The notes under the pieces were generated by a model, which searched no databases, was not told where the DNA came from, and worked only from the letters and a program-made list of their open reading frames with translations. From Telmatocola sphagniphila (GTDB lineage: Bacteria; Planctomycetota; Planctomycetia; Gemmatales; Gemmataceae): 32,000 nt of DNA. The stretch spans positions 1-32,000 of the forward strand of contig NZ_CP074694.1 of NCBI RefSeq assembly GCF_018398935.1, given 5' to 3'. Shown piece after piece: positions 8,287 to 17,419 of this stretch (the first letter of the stretch is position 1; each line of letters starts with the position of its first letter). The translations under genes were made by a program, and so were the position numbers.

Positions 8287-9309
8287 ATGCCAGAACCCGC
8301 ACTACTTTCGACCGAGTACGTTGAGTGGAACGAATCAACCGAAGAAACGGCGATCGATTCTCAATCCGCGACACGTACCTTCTTGCTGTACGACGACGCT
8401 AAGCGGGCTCTCTTCGAGCAGCGATTCCTAGGGTACGTCTACCTCGACGCCTTGAACTACTGGAAGATCGAATATCCGGTCGTCCATCCCGTTCGGAAAT
8501 GGCTTCGCGCGTCCGCCGTCTCCTGGCAAAATCGTGAAGAGGACTATCGCCAGGGGGACACCGGTATCCCGTACGATCCGGCCCTCGCTCAAGCCCCTCT
8601 CGCCAACGGTGCGATCGCCACGGTCACTTACACAAGAGCCCCTTGGAAGGTCGCCGGTTATGACACTGGTGAGAACCCCGATGTCCGAGATCTGATCAAT
8701 GCCGAGTTCAAGAACACTTCTCGCAATTTGACGCTTCCAAATGATCGGTATGTCTGGAGCACTCAGGGAAAGGTGGGGACGGCACCCGGAGCCGATTCAA
8801 CGCCGATCCTGCTGGCCCAGGACGGCGTACAGGCATACATCACGATCCCTACTCAGTCGATTACAGTGATTCGATTCATGGCCCCAGACTTTCCCGTCAA
8901 CGCCATCTCCCAGTTGCAAAACCGAGTGAACGAGAAGGAATACTCGATCCTCAACAAGAAGTATGCTCCTGAGACGCTGAAGCTCCTGGATGCGGAAATG
9001 GTTGATGCCTTGGGTCCGAATGGCTGGAGAGGTTGGACGATCCGTTACACCTTCGAGGCGATCCTCACTTATGACGACGTCATCGTAGCCGGAACGGGCG
9101 GAGCGGCTCCCACGAAATCGACGACTTATGTGGGATGGAATCGACTGTTCGATCCGTCTCGAAACATCTGGGACTACGTCAATCTGCTCAACAATAGCTC
9201 CCGGAAAATCTTTAAGTCCGATACCGAAGTCAAGCAAACGTTTGCTACGAGCGGCGCGAGCGAAGACGTGAAAGGCTTTGATCTGCTGTTCGACCCGAGG
9301 GCATATTAA
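8287..9309 (+). CDS. putative distal tail / tail-tip protein
   Basis: 340-aa ORF, the first gene after the tape measure on the + strand. Its stop overlaps the next start (TAATG). Confidence 0.5.
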   Translation: MPEPALLSTEYVEWNESTEETAIDSQSATRTFLLYDDAKRALFEQRFLGYVYLDALNYWKIEYPVVHPVRKWLRASAVSWQNREEDYRQGDTGIPYDPALAQAPLANGAIATVTYTRAPWKVAGYDTGENPDVRDLINAEFKNTSRNLTLPNDRYVWSTQGKVGTAPGADSTPILLAQDGVQAYITIPTQSITVIRFMAPDFPVNAISQLQNRVNEKEYSILNKKYAPETLKLLDAEMVDALGPNGWRGWTIRYTFEAILTYDDVIVAGTGGAAPTKSTTYVGWNRLFDPSRNIWDYVNLLNNSSRKIFKSDTEVKQTFATSGASEDVKGFDLLFDPRAY

Positions 9310-10687
9310 TGGCAGTCGCTCCCATCCCCGATATGCCCAGGCCGGGCGATCGAGCTATCTCTTCCCGTTTCCTGGAGTGGATTGCCAACGCAGCTCAACG
9401 CATCCTGACTTTGAGTACGGATGCCGGCGGCGTGGTGCAGGGCCCCAACGGCACCTCGATTATCATGCCGAGTGCAGCGGACGAGCCAATTTGGGTGCAG
9501 ATCGAAGGCGATCCGGTAACGGACGATCCGTTGTCGTCCATTTCCGCCGTCGAGATCTTGCCCAAGAAGGGTGGAGACAAAGAGGTCAAAGAGTTGGGCC
9601 GAAAATTCGGCGACGACTACCCGGATCGGCTGTTCCCGGCTCCGGGCGAGGAAGTGCCCGACACTGGAAAGGTAGTCCAGGCCTGGCCCTGGCTGAAACG
9701 ATTGGAGAAGAGCCCCGATCCTCCAGCTCCGGGTGATTCGACGGATCCTTATAAGTACATCCAGGAATGGGTGGTGATGGGCACCGGCGAATCCGCGGAG
9801 CCTTGCAAGGACTGGAAGTTCTACTGCCGGGCGAGGCGAATCAAGTGCATGGACGATGATCCTGAGGGCGGCGATCCCGACCCGGACCCTGACCCTGCCT
9901 GCGTGCCGATCAGCGATCTGAAGATCTGCTTCGATGACACCATCTGGCTCGTCGGCGTGCGATTCTGGGCTTCCTACTACGGCTCAGGACCGGTCCAATA
10001 TCTCTGGTCGTTCAGCGGCGGAGGAGGCAGACGCGGTTACATCACCAACGCCCCGAACCGTTCTATCTCACTTATGAAGTCCCGTATCTCACCGTTTCGC
10101 TGACCGTCTCCAACGGCTGCAGCTCGAAGACTATTGGACCGTTCGCACTTACGTTCCCTGATCCCCGGGGCAAAGATTGCGGGCCTTGTGTCGCGCCTTA
10201 CGATGTGACGATCAATTACACTCTCGCCGGCGAGCGGACCTACAAGTTCACGTCCAGCTTCAGCGGCTCGCATATTGGCGTGATTTACGAATGGCACTTC
10301 AGCGACGGCACGACTTCCGCCCTGGCCGAGCCGACGCACACCTTCGCTGGCCTCGGGCCTTACTTCGCTTCGTTGACTGTGCGGAACGATTGCGGCGGCG
10401 AAACCTCGGAAATCCTCAATCTCTGCATCCCGCCATCGATCACCGGCGTCTCCGTATCCGTGGACGGCTACAGGGTCATTGTCACGGTGAATTACCTCGG
10501 CTCCTACGAGCACTGCGTCATCGACTGGAACGACGGTTCCTCGCCGACGGAGGGGATTTCGCAGGTCCATACCTATCCGCCTATGCCGCGAACTTACACG
10601 CTCACGGTGACGCTCAGCGGCTGCGGTCAGACCGTTATTGTGGCGGCGAATGTTGCCGTTCCTGTTGGAGGGCCAATCGATGGATAA
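9309..10687 (+). pseudogene. tail fibre/baseplate-like protein with three PKD domains, split by a frame discontinuity at a C4 run (10051-10054)
   Basis: The ORF 9309-10103 ends inside a PKD domain (..VQYLWSFSGGGGRRGYITNAP). The rest of that domain (EPFYLTYEVPYLTVSLTVSNGCSS) continues in the -1 frame, which also carries the 10205-10687 ORF. Two further PKD domains follow (YEWHFSDGTTS..HTF..LTVRNDCGG; IDWNDGSS..HTY..LTVTLSGCG). Confidence 0.6.
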
Positions 10688-11447
10688 CAAATGGATCAAG
10701 CCCCCCAATGCTCCGTTCCCGGACTGGCTGCTCGATAAGCTCTGTGAGTGCTGTGAGGACGACTGCTCGACTTGTGATATTTTGCAGTATCCAAAACTGA
10801 AGGCTTATGTGGAAGTGGTCCCGGTGTCGCTGGGTTTCGCTGGCCCGGTCTATCGATGCCCTTATATTTTCTCGGTCGATCTGGACAAGACTACGCGTGG
10901 GACCGATCCGTTTCCTTCGACTCGAACGTGTGCCCTGTTTGCGGGGAACACTGATAATTATCCCGATAGCATCGCCTGCACGACACCGGGGCCATTCTCT
11001 TACAGAGGGCGATCAAGCTCTGGGCCGGTTATTCTTATTGGAAGTATAGCCATGACATGCGATGGTGGGGATGCTGATCGACCAGCGTTAGATCCCTCCA
11101 CCGATGCGACTTTCAATTGTGGAAGCAAGGCCACTACCGATTCAGTAATTTTCCCCTGCATGCAAGAGTACAATTTGGCGTGGCCGCCAGTAGCCAGCCC
11201 GTATGTGCGGTCAAAAAAATTCCTGTTGAATGCCAACTTTAGCTTTTTCGACATCGGCCCAGATAGCACTTTCAACAACGATATTATTCCACAGAACACT
11301 TTCGGAACGGCAAAAGCGATAGCCACCTCTTGCGATCCGCTGATGCTCGTCTTCCTGGTGCCAATGTGGTCCGCTTACGATGGGTTCATCAATACGACCT
11401 GCACTCAGCTCGAATGTTACTTTCGCATCACGGTGACAACGCCATGA
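10680..11447 (+). CDS. Cys-rich hypothetical tail-associated protein (possible receptor-binding protein)
   Basis: The ATG at 10680 overlaps the previous stop (ATGGATAA). The N-terminus has the cluster CECCEDDCSTC. The 3' half is visibly AT-richer than its neighbours. Confidence 0.55.
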   Translation: MDNKWIKPPNAPFPDWLLDKLCECCEDDCSTCDILQYPKLKAYVEVVPVSLGFAGPVYRCPYIFSVDLDKTTRGTDPFPSTRTCALFAGNTDNYPDSIACTTPGPFSYRGRSSSGPVILIGSIAMTCDGGDADRPALDPSTDATFNCGSKATTDSVIFPCMQEYNLAWPPVASPYVRSKKFLLNANFSFFDIGPDSTFNNDIIPQNTFGTAKAIATSCDPLMLVFLVPMWSAYDGFINTTCTQLECYFRITVTTP

Positions 11448-11812
11448 GGATCTGCACCTGCGACAAATGCGACCGGGACTTGACCTGGCCCGAGCAGAAG
11501 GCCTGGGCGTGCAAGTTCTGCTTTCTCTATCACTCGCGGGAATGCCTCCAGGAGGCCTGGGACGCACACCCCTTGGAACGGAAGGACGATGATTCAGAAC
11601 CCAAGCCGCGGCGGATCGCTCTGACTCAATGCGACTACCTGGGCAAGGTGATCGAGAAAACCGACGCCGGCGGCATCGAATGCAGCTGCCAGGGGAAGTG
11701 GCTGCGAAGGTGCCGGCTGCATGGCGAGTGCCGATTAACGCAGCCCTCGGACGTGCCCGACTGTGCGAGCTGTGACGATAACACACTCCTGCCTAAGAAC
11801 CGGCGGAGCTGA
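11444..11812 (+). CDS. small Cys-rich (zinc-ribbon-like) protein
   Basis: ATGA overlap with the upstream gene. Paired cysteines appear at CTCDKC...CKFC and CSCQGKWLRRCRLHGEC...CASC. Confidence 0.5.
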   Translation: MRICTCDKCDRDLTWPEQKAWACKFCFLYHSRECLQEAWDAHPLERKDDDSEPKPRRIALTQCDYLGKVIEKTDAGGIECSCQGKWLRRCRLHGECRLTQPSDVPDCASCDDNTLLPKNRRS

Positions 11813-11852
11813 TCGCCGACTCAGTTCGGGACGCTTTGTTATAGTCGGTTCC

Positions 11853-12224
11853 ATGAAACCCTGGTTCCTATTCAACGACGTCCCCTCGGGACTTTCCTTC
11901 ATCGTAATTCCTCCGGGAACGGAAGTGACCGATACGCCTCTGCGCTCGGCCACCTTCGATCTGAAGACCCCTGGTCTCAGCTGCAAGTCCACGCAGACCG
12001 TGAACAACCTGGAGGGCAGTACGTTTTACGGCAAGTACCAGGAATCCGCCGACGGCATCTCCTGGACCGATCTGGCCGGTGCCGCCTTCACCTTCGTCAT
12101 CACCAGCTCGAACATCCAGACCATTAACTTCACCAGCTCGAAGAGATACCTCCGCTATTCGTGCGAGTTCGATGCAGGCGATTTTGCGTCCTGCACTCTG
12201 GGAGTGAGTCTCAGCACCAGCTAA
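11853..12224 (+). CDS. hypothetical phage protein
   Basis: 123-aa ORF from the ATG at 11853 (the track ORF 11763 starts further upstream in the same frame). Its composition looks beta-rich. Confidence 0.5.
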   Translation: MKPWFLFNDVPSGLSFIVIPPGTEVTDTPLRSATFDLKTPGLSCKSTQTVNNLEGSTFYGKYQESADGISWTDLAGAAFTFVITSSNIQTINFTSSKRYLRYSCEFDAGDFASCTLGVSLSTS

Positions 12225-12290
12225 CCGGAGCCAATTCGTTCCGGAATCTCATCAGGAATTCTTTGTTTCTTGCGGCTTAAAGGAGTGCTT

Positions 12291-12668
12291 ATGGTCCGGT
12301 CCGATCCAAATACTCGCGTTGGAATCGATCCCAAAAGTTGGATCGCTCGCTGGGGCTTCCCGGGCACGATCCTGGTGTTGTTCAGTTACGCCTGCCTGGC
12401 CGCGATCGCGGACATGCGTCAGATCGCCAGTACCTTCCTCGCTCAGGCCAAAGAGGATCGAGCGGCGGATCGAGCCATGATCTTCCAGCTCGCTTCCACG
12501 GTCGAGCAGAACACGCGGGCTACCGACCGCATGGCTCACAGCATGAGCACCATGACCATGATCATCGACCGTCTGGATCGCAAGCACTCGGTCGAGATGA
12601 TCTGGCCCCAGGGGATGGAGTTCACCGCCCCGGAGAAGCTCCCCATGCCCCACGAAAAGGGCAGTTAA
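12291..12668 (+). CDS. single-pass membrane protein, holin-like candidate
   Basis: AAGGAG lies 6 nt upstream of the ATG at 12291. There is one hydrophobic helix (WGFPGTILVLFSYACLAAIA) followed by a helical charged tail. Confidence 0.55.
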   Translation: MVRSDPNTRVGIDPKSWIARWGFPGTILVLFSYACLAAIADMRQIASTFLAQAKEDRAADRAMIFQLASTVEQNTRATDRMAHSMSTMTMIIDRLDRKHSVEMIWPQGMEFTAPEKLPMPHEKGS

Positions 12669-12707
12669 ATCCTTCGCTCACTTCGAGCGATTACTCAGGA
12701 GACCGAA

Positions 12708-13538
12708 ATGAAACGTCTGTCCGCCACGATCCTCGCCCTGTGCTTCGCGTTTGCGGCCTGTGCGAGCGATCCCCAGGCCGGAGGCTCCATTCGCTGGCCG
12801 GAAATTGCTCCCGCTCAGCAAGTGGCCCCAGCTCCCAGCCCCGCCACCGATCTGCAAGCCGATACCTGGTTTGTGATTGAATCGGATGTCGATTGCTTTC
12901 TGTTCACTTCACCGAAAGGCCTGGTCAACGTCACCAAAGAAGCTGGGCCGCTTCGCTTGAAGGGGAAGTTCGCCGACTCCTCCACCGGCAAAACGGAGAC
13001 CCGCAGCTACAAGGCCAAGTGGATCTACACCATTGAGGCCAGCTCGGCCGGGCAATGCGAGATCATCGTCCTGCCGGTCGGTGCCAAGGGGGAAGACGAA
13101 GCTCAGCGTCGAATCCTGAACGTCCTGGGGGCTCAGCCTCCACCCGAGCCAGAGCCGGACTCCAAGCCCAAGCCGAAACCGTCTCCCAAGGTCGTGCCCA
13201 TCGCCGCCGAAGGCTTTCGAGTCTTGATCACCTTCGACAACGCCGATCAGTCGGGCCTCAATGAAGACCAGCAGAAAGCGATCTACGGGGCCGAGCTGCG
13301 GAGCTACCTCAATTCGCACTGCGTTCTGGGACCGGACGGCAAGCTGAGAGAGTGGCGGATCTGGGCCACCGGGATGGATGTCAGCGGCGAGTCGAAGATC
13401 TGGCGAGACGCTTATGCCCGGGACCGGCAGTCGGTCCCCTGGCTCCTGATCAGCAACGGCAAGGAAGGCTTCGAGGGGCCTCTCCCGAAGTCGTTCAACG
13501 AAACCCTCGAATTGTTGAAGAAATACGGAGGGCAATGA
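12708..13538 (+). CDS. lipoprotein, function unknown
   Basis: Signal peptide with a lipobox (MKRLSATILALCFAFAAC), an AGGAG RBS and a Pro/Lys-rich linker (PPPEPEPDSKPKPKPSPK). Its stop overlaps the next start. Confidence 0.7.
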   Translation: MKRLSATILALCFAFAACASDPQAGGSIRWPEIAPAQQVAPAPSPATDLQADTWFVIESDVDCFLFTSPKGLVNVTKEAGPLRLKGKFADSSTGKTETRSYKAKWIYTIEASSAGQCEIIVLPVGAKGEDEAQRRILNVLGAQPPPEPEPDSKPKPKPSPKVVPIAAEGFRVLITFDNADQSGLNEDQQKAIYGAELRSYLNSHCVLGPDGKLREWRIWATGMDVSGESKIWRDAYARDRQSVPWLLISNGKEGFEGPLPKSFNETLELLKKYGGQ

Positions 13539-14365
13539 TGTCGAAGGAACTCATCATCCACGATGGCAACTACAAGGATCATCTGGCCCCGATTATCGAC
13601 GGCCGGCAGGCCTCGACCGGTTTGATCGAGCGGGATTATGCGAAGCATCCTCCGGGCTGTTATGCGACCGTCGACGCCGTGGATGTGCCGATCATCCCGA
13701 GATCCGAGTGGTCCGCTCGGATCAAGGAGATGGAGGAGACCAAGAGCCGTCTCTCCGATATCCGCAATACCGGCAACTTCGGGAAGCGAATCCCCTCACT
13801 GAACCAGAACCCTTATAGCTTTTGCTGGGCTCACAGTGCGACGCACGCGACCATGATGCTGCGGGCGATCTTCAACCTGCCCTATGTGCCTTTGAGCGCG
13901 TTCGCGGTCGCCTGCATGATCAAGAACTACCGCAACGAAGGCGGCTGGGGAGCGGAGGCCCTGGACTTCATTTCGCAGCGAGGCGTCCCCGATCAGAAGT
14001 TCTGGGCTCAGCAGTCGATGAGCCGCTCTAACGACAATCCGGCCACCTGGGCGAATGCAGCTCTGCACCGTGTCACCGCGGGTTGGATCGACATCAAGGC
14101 TCCGGTTTACAACCGCACGATGCCCTTCGACCAGGTGTTCAGCTTGCTCCTCACTCGGACGCCGGGAATCGGCGACTACTACTGGTGGAGACATTCGGTC
14201 AATCTGCTCGACCCGGTCGAAGTCGAGCGCAATTCTTTCGGTATTCGCATCTGGAATTCCTGGGGCGACGAGTGGTCCGACTACGGCACCGCAGTCCTCC
14301 AGGGCGACAAAGCCATCCCGAACGGAGCCACGGCTCCTCGGTTGATCACCGCCTCGGCGGCTTAA
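13535..14365 (+). CDS. papain-like cysteine peptidase (family C1 signature), candidate lysis enzyme
   Basis: From ATG 13535 (MMSKEL...). Carries Q-x5-CW (NQNPYSFCWAHS), His (YWWRHSVNLL) and NSWG-x2-W (IRIWNSWGDEWSDYG) in papain order. No signal peptide is visible. Confidence 0.75.
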   Translation: MMSKELIIHDGNYKDHLAPIIDGRQASTGLIERDYAKHPPGCYATVDAVDVPIIPRSEWSARIKEMEETKSRLSDIRNTGNFGKRIPSLNQNPYSFCWAHSATHATMMLRAIFNLPYVPLSAFAVACMIKNYRNEGGWGAEALDFISQRGVPDQKFWAQQSMSRSNDNPATWANAALHRVTAGWIDIKAPVYNRTMPFDQVFSLLLTRTPGIGDYYWWRHSVNLLDPVEVERNSFGIRIWNSWGDEWSDYGTAVLQGDKAIPNGATAPRLITASAA

Positions 14366-14394
14366 ATCTCTTTTTTCTCTCAATGGAGTAGTCG

Positions 14395-14835
14395 ATGACT
14401 TTCAGTCTGAAAACCTTCTTGAAGCTCTTCCAGGCGTCCCAGGACCCTCGAATCATGGCCCTCGTTGACGAGGTCGAGGCCGCGTATTCGGGAGGCCTGG
14501 CCAATCTCACGCTGAAGCAAGTGCGAGCCTTGATCCGCGACTTTCACGACGTCCTTCAGGTCGCCTCGAAGGCCTTCCCCGATTCTACGCTGCTCAAGAC
14601 ACTGCAAGAGCAGATCAACGATCTGTTCGAGTTCGCTCCGAAGATGGGCAGCATCGTGGATATCGGCGTCGCCAAGCTCAAGGGAACTTTGTCGAGCGAT
14701 GCGACTCTGGAGGAAGCGACCCAGGCCGCAACGAAGTGGGTCACGGAGTTCACCGGGAAGCCGGTCAACGCCTTCGGGCCGTTCCTGCTCTTCGCGGTGA
14801 AGTTGATCGCGAGGATCCTGCTCGGTCTGCTGTGA
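14395..14835 (+). CDS. tail-anchored membrane protein, holin/antiholin-like candidate
   Basis: 146-aa ORF with a GGAG RBS and a single C-terminal hydrophobic helix (FGPFLLFAVKLIARILLGLL). Confidence 0.55.
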   Translation: MTFSLKTFLKLFQASQDPRIMALVDEVEAAYSGGLANLTLKQVRALIRDFHDVLQVASKAFPDSTLLKTLQEQINDLFEFAPKMGSIVDIGVAKLKGTLSSDATLEEATQAATKWVTEFTGKPVNAFGPFLLFAVKLIARILLGLL

Positions 14836-14885
14836 TCTCAGGATCGGTAAATCTCAATCGCCCGTTTTTTCAAAAGGAGTTGTTT

Positions 14886-15233
14886 ATGCGTTTCCTTCTT
14901 GCGGCCGTCCTGGTCGCGTCCCTCGCGAGTCTCAGCCATGCACAACGCTGTTGCCAGGCCCCGAACCCTCCTCAGGCTCCGCCGTGCCAGGTCTTCGTGC
15001 CACCGGCCGTCGCGAAGCCGCGAGTCCCGTACCCCCGCCCGAAGGCCGTCGTCGCCGAGCCGGCACCAGCGGAACCGGTCGTGATGCCAAGCTGGTCCGT
15101 CCAGGAGGCTGTCCGAACGGTCAGTGCCCGGCTCAGCAGCAGGCTCCGCCGCGCATCTTCCGCCTGTTTCGGCGGTAATGGAATTTCACCGGTGGTTTAT
15201 CCGTTGCCCAGGACTAGGGCACGGAGCTGGTGA
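14886..15233 (+). CDS. small secreted Pro-rich protein (3' end / frame uncertain)
   Basis: AAAAGGAG RBS and a signal peptide (MRFLLAAVLVASLASLSHAQ). From about 15110 the -1 frame (ending TAA at 15176-15178) looks at least as coding-like. Confidence 0.5.
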   Translation: MRFLLAAVLVASLASLSHAQRCCQAPNPPQAPPCQVFVPPAVAKPRVPYPRPKAVVAEPAPAEPVVMPSWSVQEAVRTVSARLSSRLRRASSACFGGNGISPVVYPLPRTRARSW

Positions 15234-15239
15234 TCGGAA

Positions 15240-15269
15240 GGGGCTGAGAAGGATCTCGGCCCCTTTTTT
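15240..15269 (+). terminator. intrinsic terminator closing the phage late operon
   Basis: GGGGCTGAGA (15240-15249) pairs with TCTCGGCCCC (15254-15263) with one G-U pair, around the loop AGGA. A TTTTTT run follows (15264-15269). Confidence 0.75.
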
Positions 15270-15325
15270 AAATCGCAATTTTCAATTTCGCGATATAATT
15301 TATTGCCTCAGATCTAATGAAAATG

Positions 15326-15973
15326 TTAAGTAAACAAACGAGTGACCGTTTCAATATCTGTAGGCGAAAAAAGAACTTTGAGCGTGGACAAATAGAATTG
15401 CTTATTCATCCGATCTGGCCTTCCGAAAACACCAAATGCATTAGTCAAGGTGCTGCACCCAATGTTGGCTCTAAGCAACGCTGTGGCGAACTGTCGTCCT
15501 TCGCTCGGTCTTAAAAATTCCACATACGCCATTCCATCATGATTATAGCTTGCCGGGCTCTCTTGACACGAAGCGACAGTCCTCCAATTTCTTCTCCAAA
15601 CATTCCAAATCAGATTTGCCATCTTTTCATCGACGCACACAACAAAATTGTTAAATCGAACCTCAACTTGCGGATGAGAATCATTTTGCGTCGTATTATT
15701 GAACACACCGCAGGGGCTCATTAGAACATTGTAATAGCCTAATTCAATTAGCAGCTCTCTTTCTTTATCGTTATCAGATTCAGTAAAACGATAATTGTAT
15801 AAAGACTGTGCCAAATCGAATGAATATTCAGCAACTCCAACGATTGGGCCGTCTTCGTCGTAAATCTGATTATTACTACCCATCAAGAAATATATCGACT
15901 CTACTCCAACGTGGTGTGGTTTTGTGTGACCATCGAAAGGCCCTCCAACCAGATTGCATCCTTGTGAGCCCAT
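15326..15973 (-). CDS. hypothetical protein, no recognisable domain (divergent neighbour of the SIR2-like gene)
   Basis: 215-aa ORF in the AT-rich cargo block. It is the only long ORF there. Confidence 0.6.
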   Translation of the reverse strand: MGSQGCNLVGGPFDGHTKPHHVGVESIYFLMGSNNQIYDEDGPIVGVAEYSFDLAQSLYNYRFTESDNDKERELLIELGYYNVLMSPCGVFNNTTQNDSHPQVEVRFNNFVVCVDEKMANLIWNVWRRNWRTVASCQESPASYNHDGMAYVEFLRPSEGRQFATALLRANIGCSTLTNAFGVFGRPDRMNKQFYLSTLKVLFSPTDIETVTRLFT

Positions 15974-16240
15974 ACGCCCCCCCTCTTTTTATAAATTTTA
16001 TTTTACATCTGATTCGTGAAAACACCAAAAAGTACTTTTGCTTATTATCAACTAATTCCCTGAAAAATTAATTCTATTTTTGCGAATACCTTCTACCACA
16101 CAATTTCATTTTACTTACAAAATGTGCAGAGCGTTTTTTTTGGTTCGGCTGACCAAAGAACATTTTTTGATCCAATGTAAGCGTACTCAATTTCGATATG
16201 ATCTGTACAGCGAATCTCTGTAATGTGGAGTTACATAATT

Positions 16241-17311
16241 ATGAAATGGAATTTTTTCGGAACCAATGTCGTGATTCTGGGGGCAGGCTTCTCTTCGGCT
16301 GCAACTGAGGGAAGATCACCTCTTATGCGAGGTTTCTTCGACAAACTAGAACGGGATAATTATCCCGAGCTATATGACTTTGTCAACGAGCATGGATGCA
16401 ATCAAGTTTGCACTCGCATTGAGGATGCGAATGTGGAAAATGTGCTCTTAGCCCTGGACCAGACAGATAACTGCCCTAGTCCTCTGCGGAATCGACTCGT
16501 AGGCAATTTATTTGAAAAAAATTCTATTTGCGATCAATTGGCTTATTACACCATCATGCGATTCAAGACAATGGGAGGCTGGAGTCCAGAGAATTGGGCT
16601 GTGCAAACCCTGGCAAAGGCTAGTGAGCGTACAACAGTGATTTCGATGAACTATGACGTCCTCGCCGATTCAATCTTGTCAAGCCGGACAGGCATGGAGC
16701 ATTTCCCTTCAAAGACGTTGTCTTGCCCCCACTGCAAAATGCGATATCTCCTGAGCCAGGCTTGTAATTGTACAACGCACCCAGGCTTTACTGATGAAAC
16801 AATTTGGCAAGGCGCACTCCTAAAGCTTCACGGCTCCATTGCATGGAAAAGATGTCTGAATCCTGCATGCTGCGCGTATCAATGTTTGGTTCCCGATGAG
16901 CAATGTCGCGCGTTTGAGCCGCATGAATGTCCAAAGTGTAGTCGAATGTGCTCTCCAGCCTTAGTGATGCCTACGATGAACAAGAACCTTAAGGAGACCC
17001 CTGAAATAGACGCAATGTGGCAGGCCGCTATGGCTGCGATTGAAAATGCAGAATCAATCCTAATTTTCGGATTCTCCTTTCCTAGATCGGATGAGTTGCT
17101 CATTCAATCCTTCCGAAAGGCAATCGAAACTTCGAAGCGATTGAAAAAAGTGGGCATTATCGACTTAGATCCCCAGGCTGTTGCACACAATTTTCGATGT
17201 TGTTTGCCAGTTGGCTACCATGTCGAGTATGCTTATCTCAATAGTACAAAGTCAGGTGTACCAGACTGGTTCAATGTTGAGCCGAAACAACTATTTAACA
17301 TCTGCAATTGA
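16241..17311 (+). CDS. SIR2-like (SIR2_2-type) protein with Cys-rich, probably zinc-binding, insertions
   Basis: GGAG lies 10 nt before the ATG at 16241. Motifs occur in order: VVILGAGFS, VISMNYD, LLKLHGS, ILIFGFSFPRSD. Cys clusters: CPHC, CNC, CLNPACCAYQC, CPKCSRMC. Confidence 0.7.
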   Translation: MKWNFFGTNVVILGAGFSSAATEGRSPLMRGFFDKLERDNYPELYDFVNEHGCNQVCTRIEDANVENVLLALDQTDNCPSPLRNRLVGNLFEKNSICDQLAYYTIMRFKTMGGWSPENWAVQTLAKASERTTVISMNYDVLADSILSSRTGMEHFPSKTLSCPHCKMRYLLSQACNCTTHPGFTDETIWQGALLKLHGSIAWKRCLNPACCAYQCLVPDEQCRAFEPHECPKCSRMCSPALVMPTMNKNLKETPEIDAMWQAAMAAIENAESILIFGFSFPRSDELLIQSFRKAIETSKRLKKVGIIDLDPQAVAHNFRCCLPVGYHVEYAYLNSTKSGVPDWFNVEPKQLFNICN

Positions 17312-17419
17312 GGAGCTTTTGATCTGGCCCGAGGCACTGGATTCGAGAACGCCAAAAGAGGGAAGCTACACTAAACCGATTCCAGGGATGGAGTAATCGA
17401 TCTAGGGTTCGGTCACACA

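Noticed and set aside
7910-8431. ORFs 7922-8431 (+) and 7910-8374 (-) around the moron
   Set aside because: They overlap the 7453-8184 membrane-protein gene in other frames. They have no hydrophobic or domain pattern and poor start contexts.
10037-14383. Long minus-strand and off-frame ORFs in the tail/lysis region (10037-10708, 10177-10800, 11211-11786, 12338-12880, 12909-13535, 13796-14383, 14055-14391)
   Set aside because: All overlap + strand genes that have recognisable motifs (PKD, lipobox, papain triad) and coupled starts and stops. Their translations are Arg/Pro/Gly-rich with no motifs. I treat them as GC-driven shadow ORFs.
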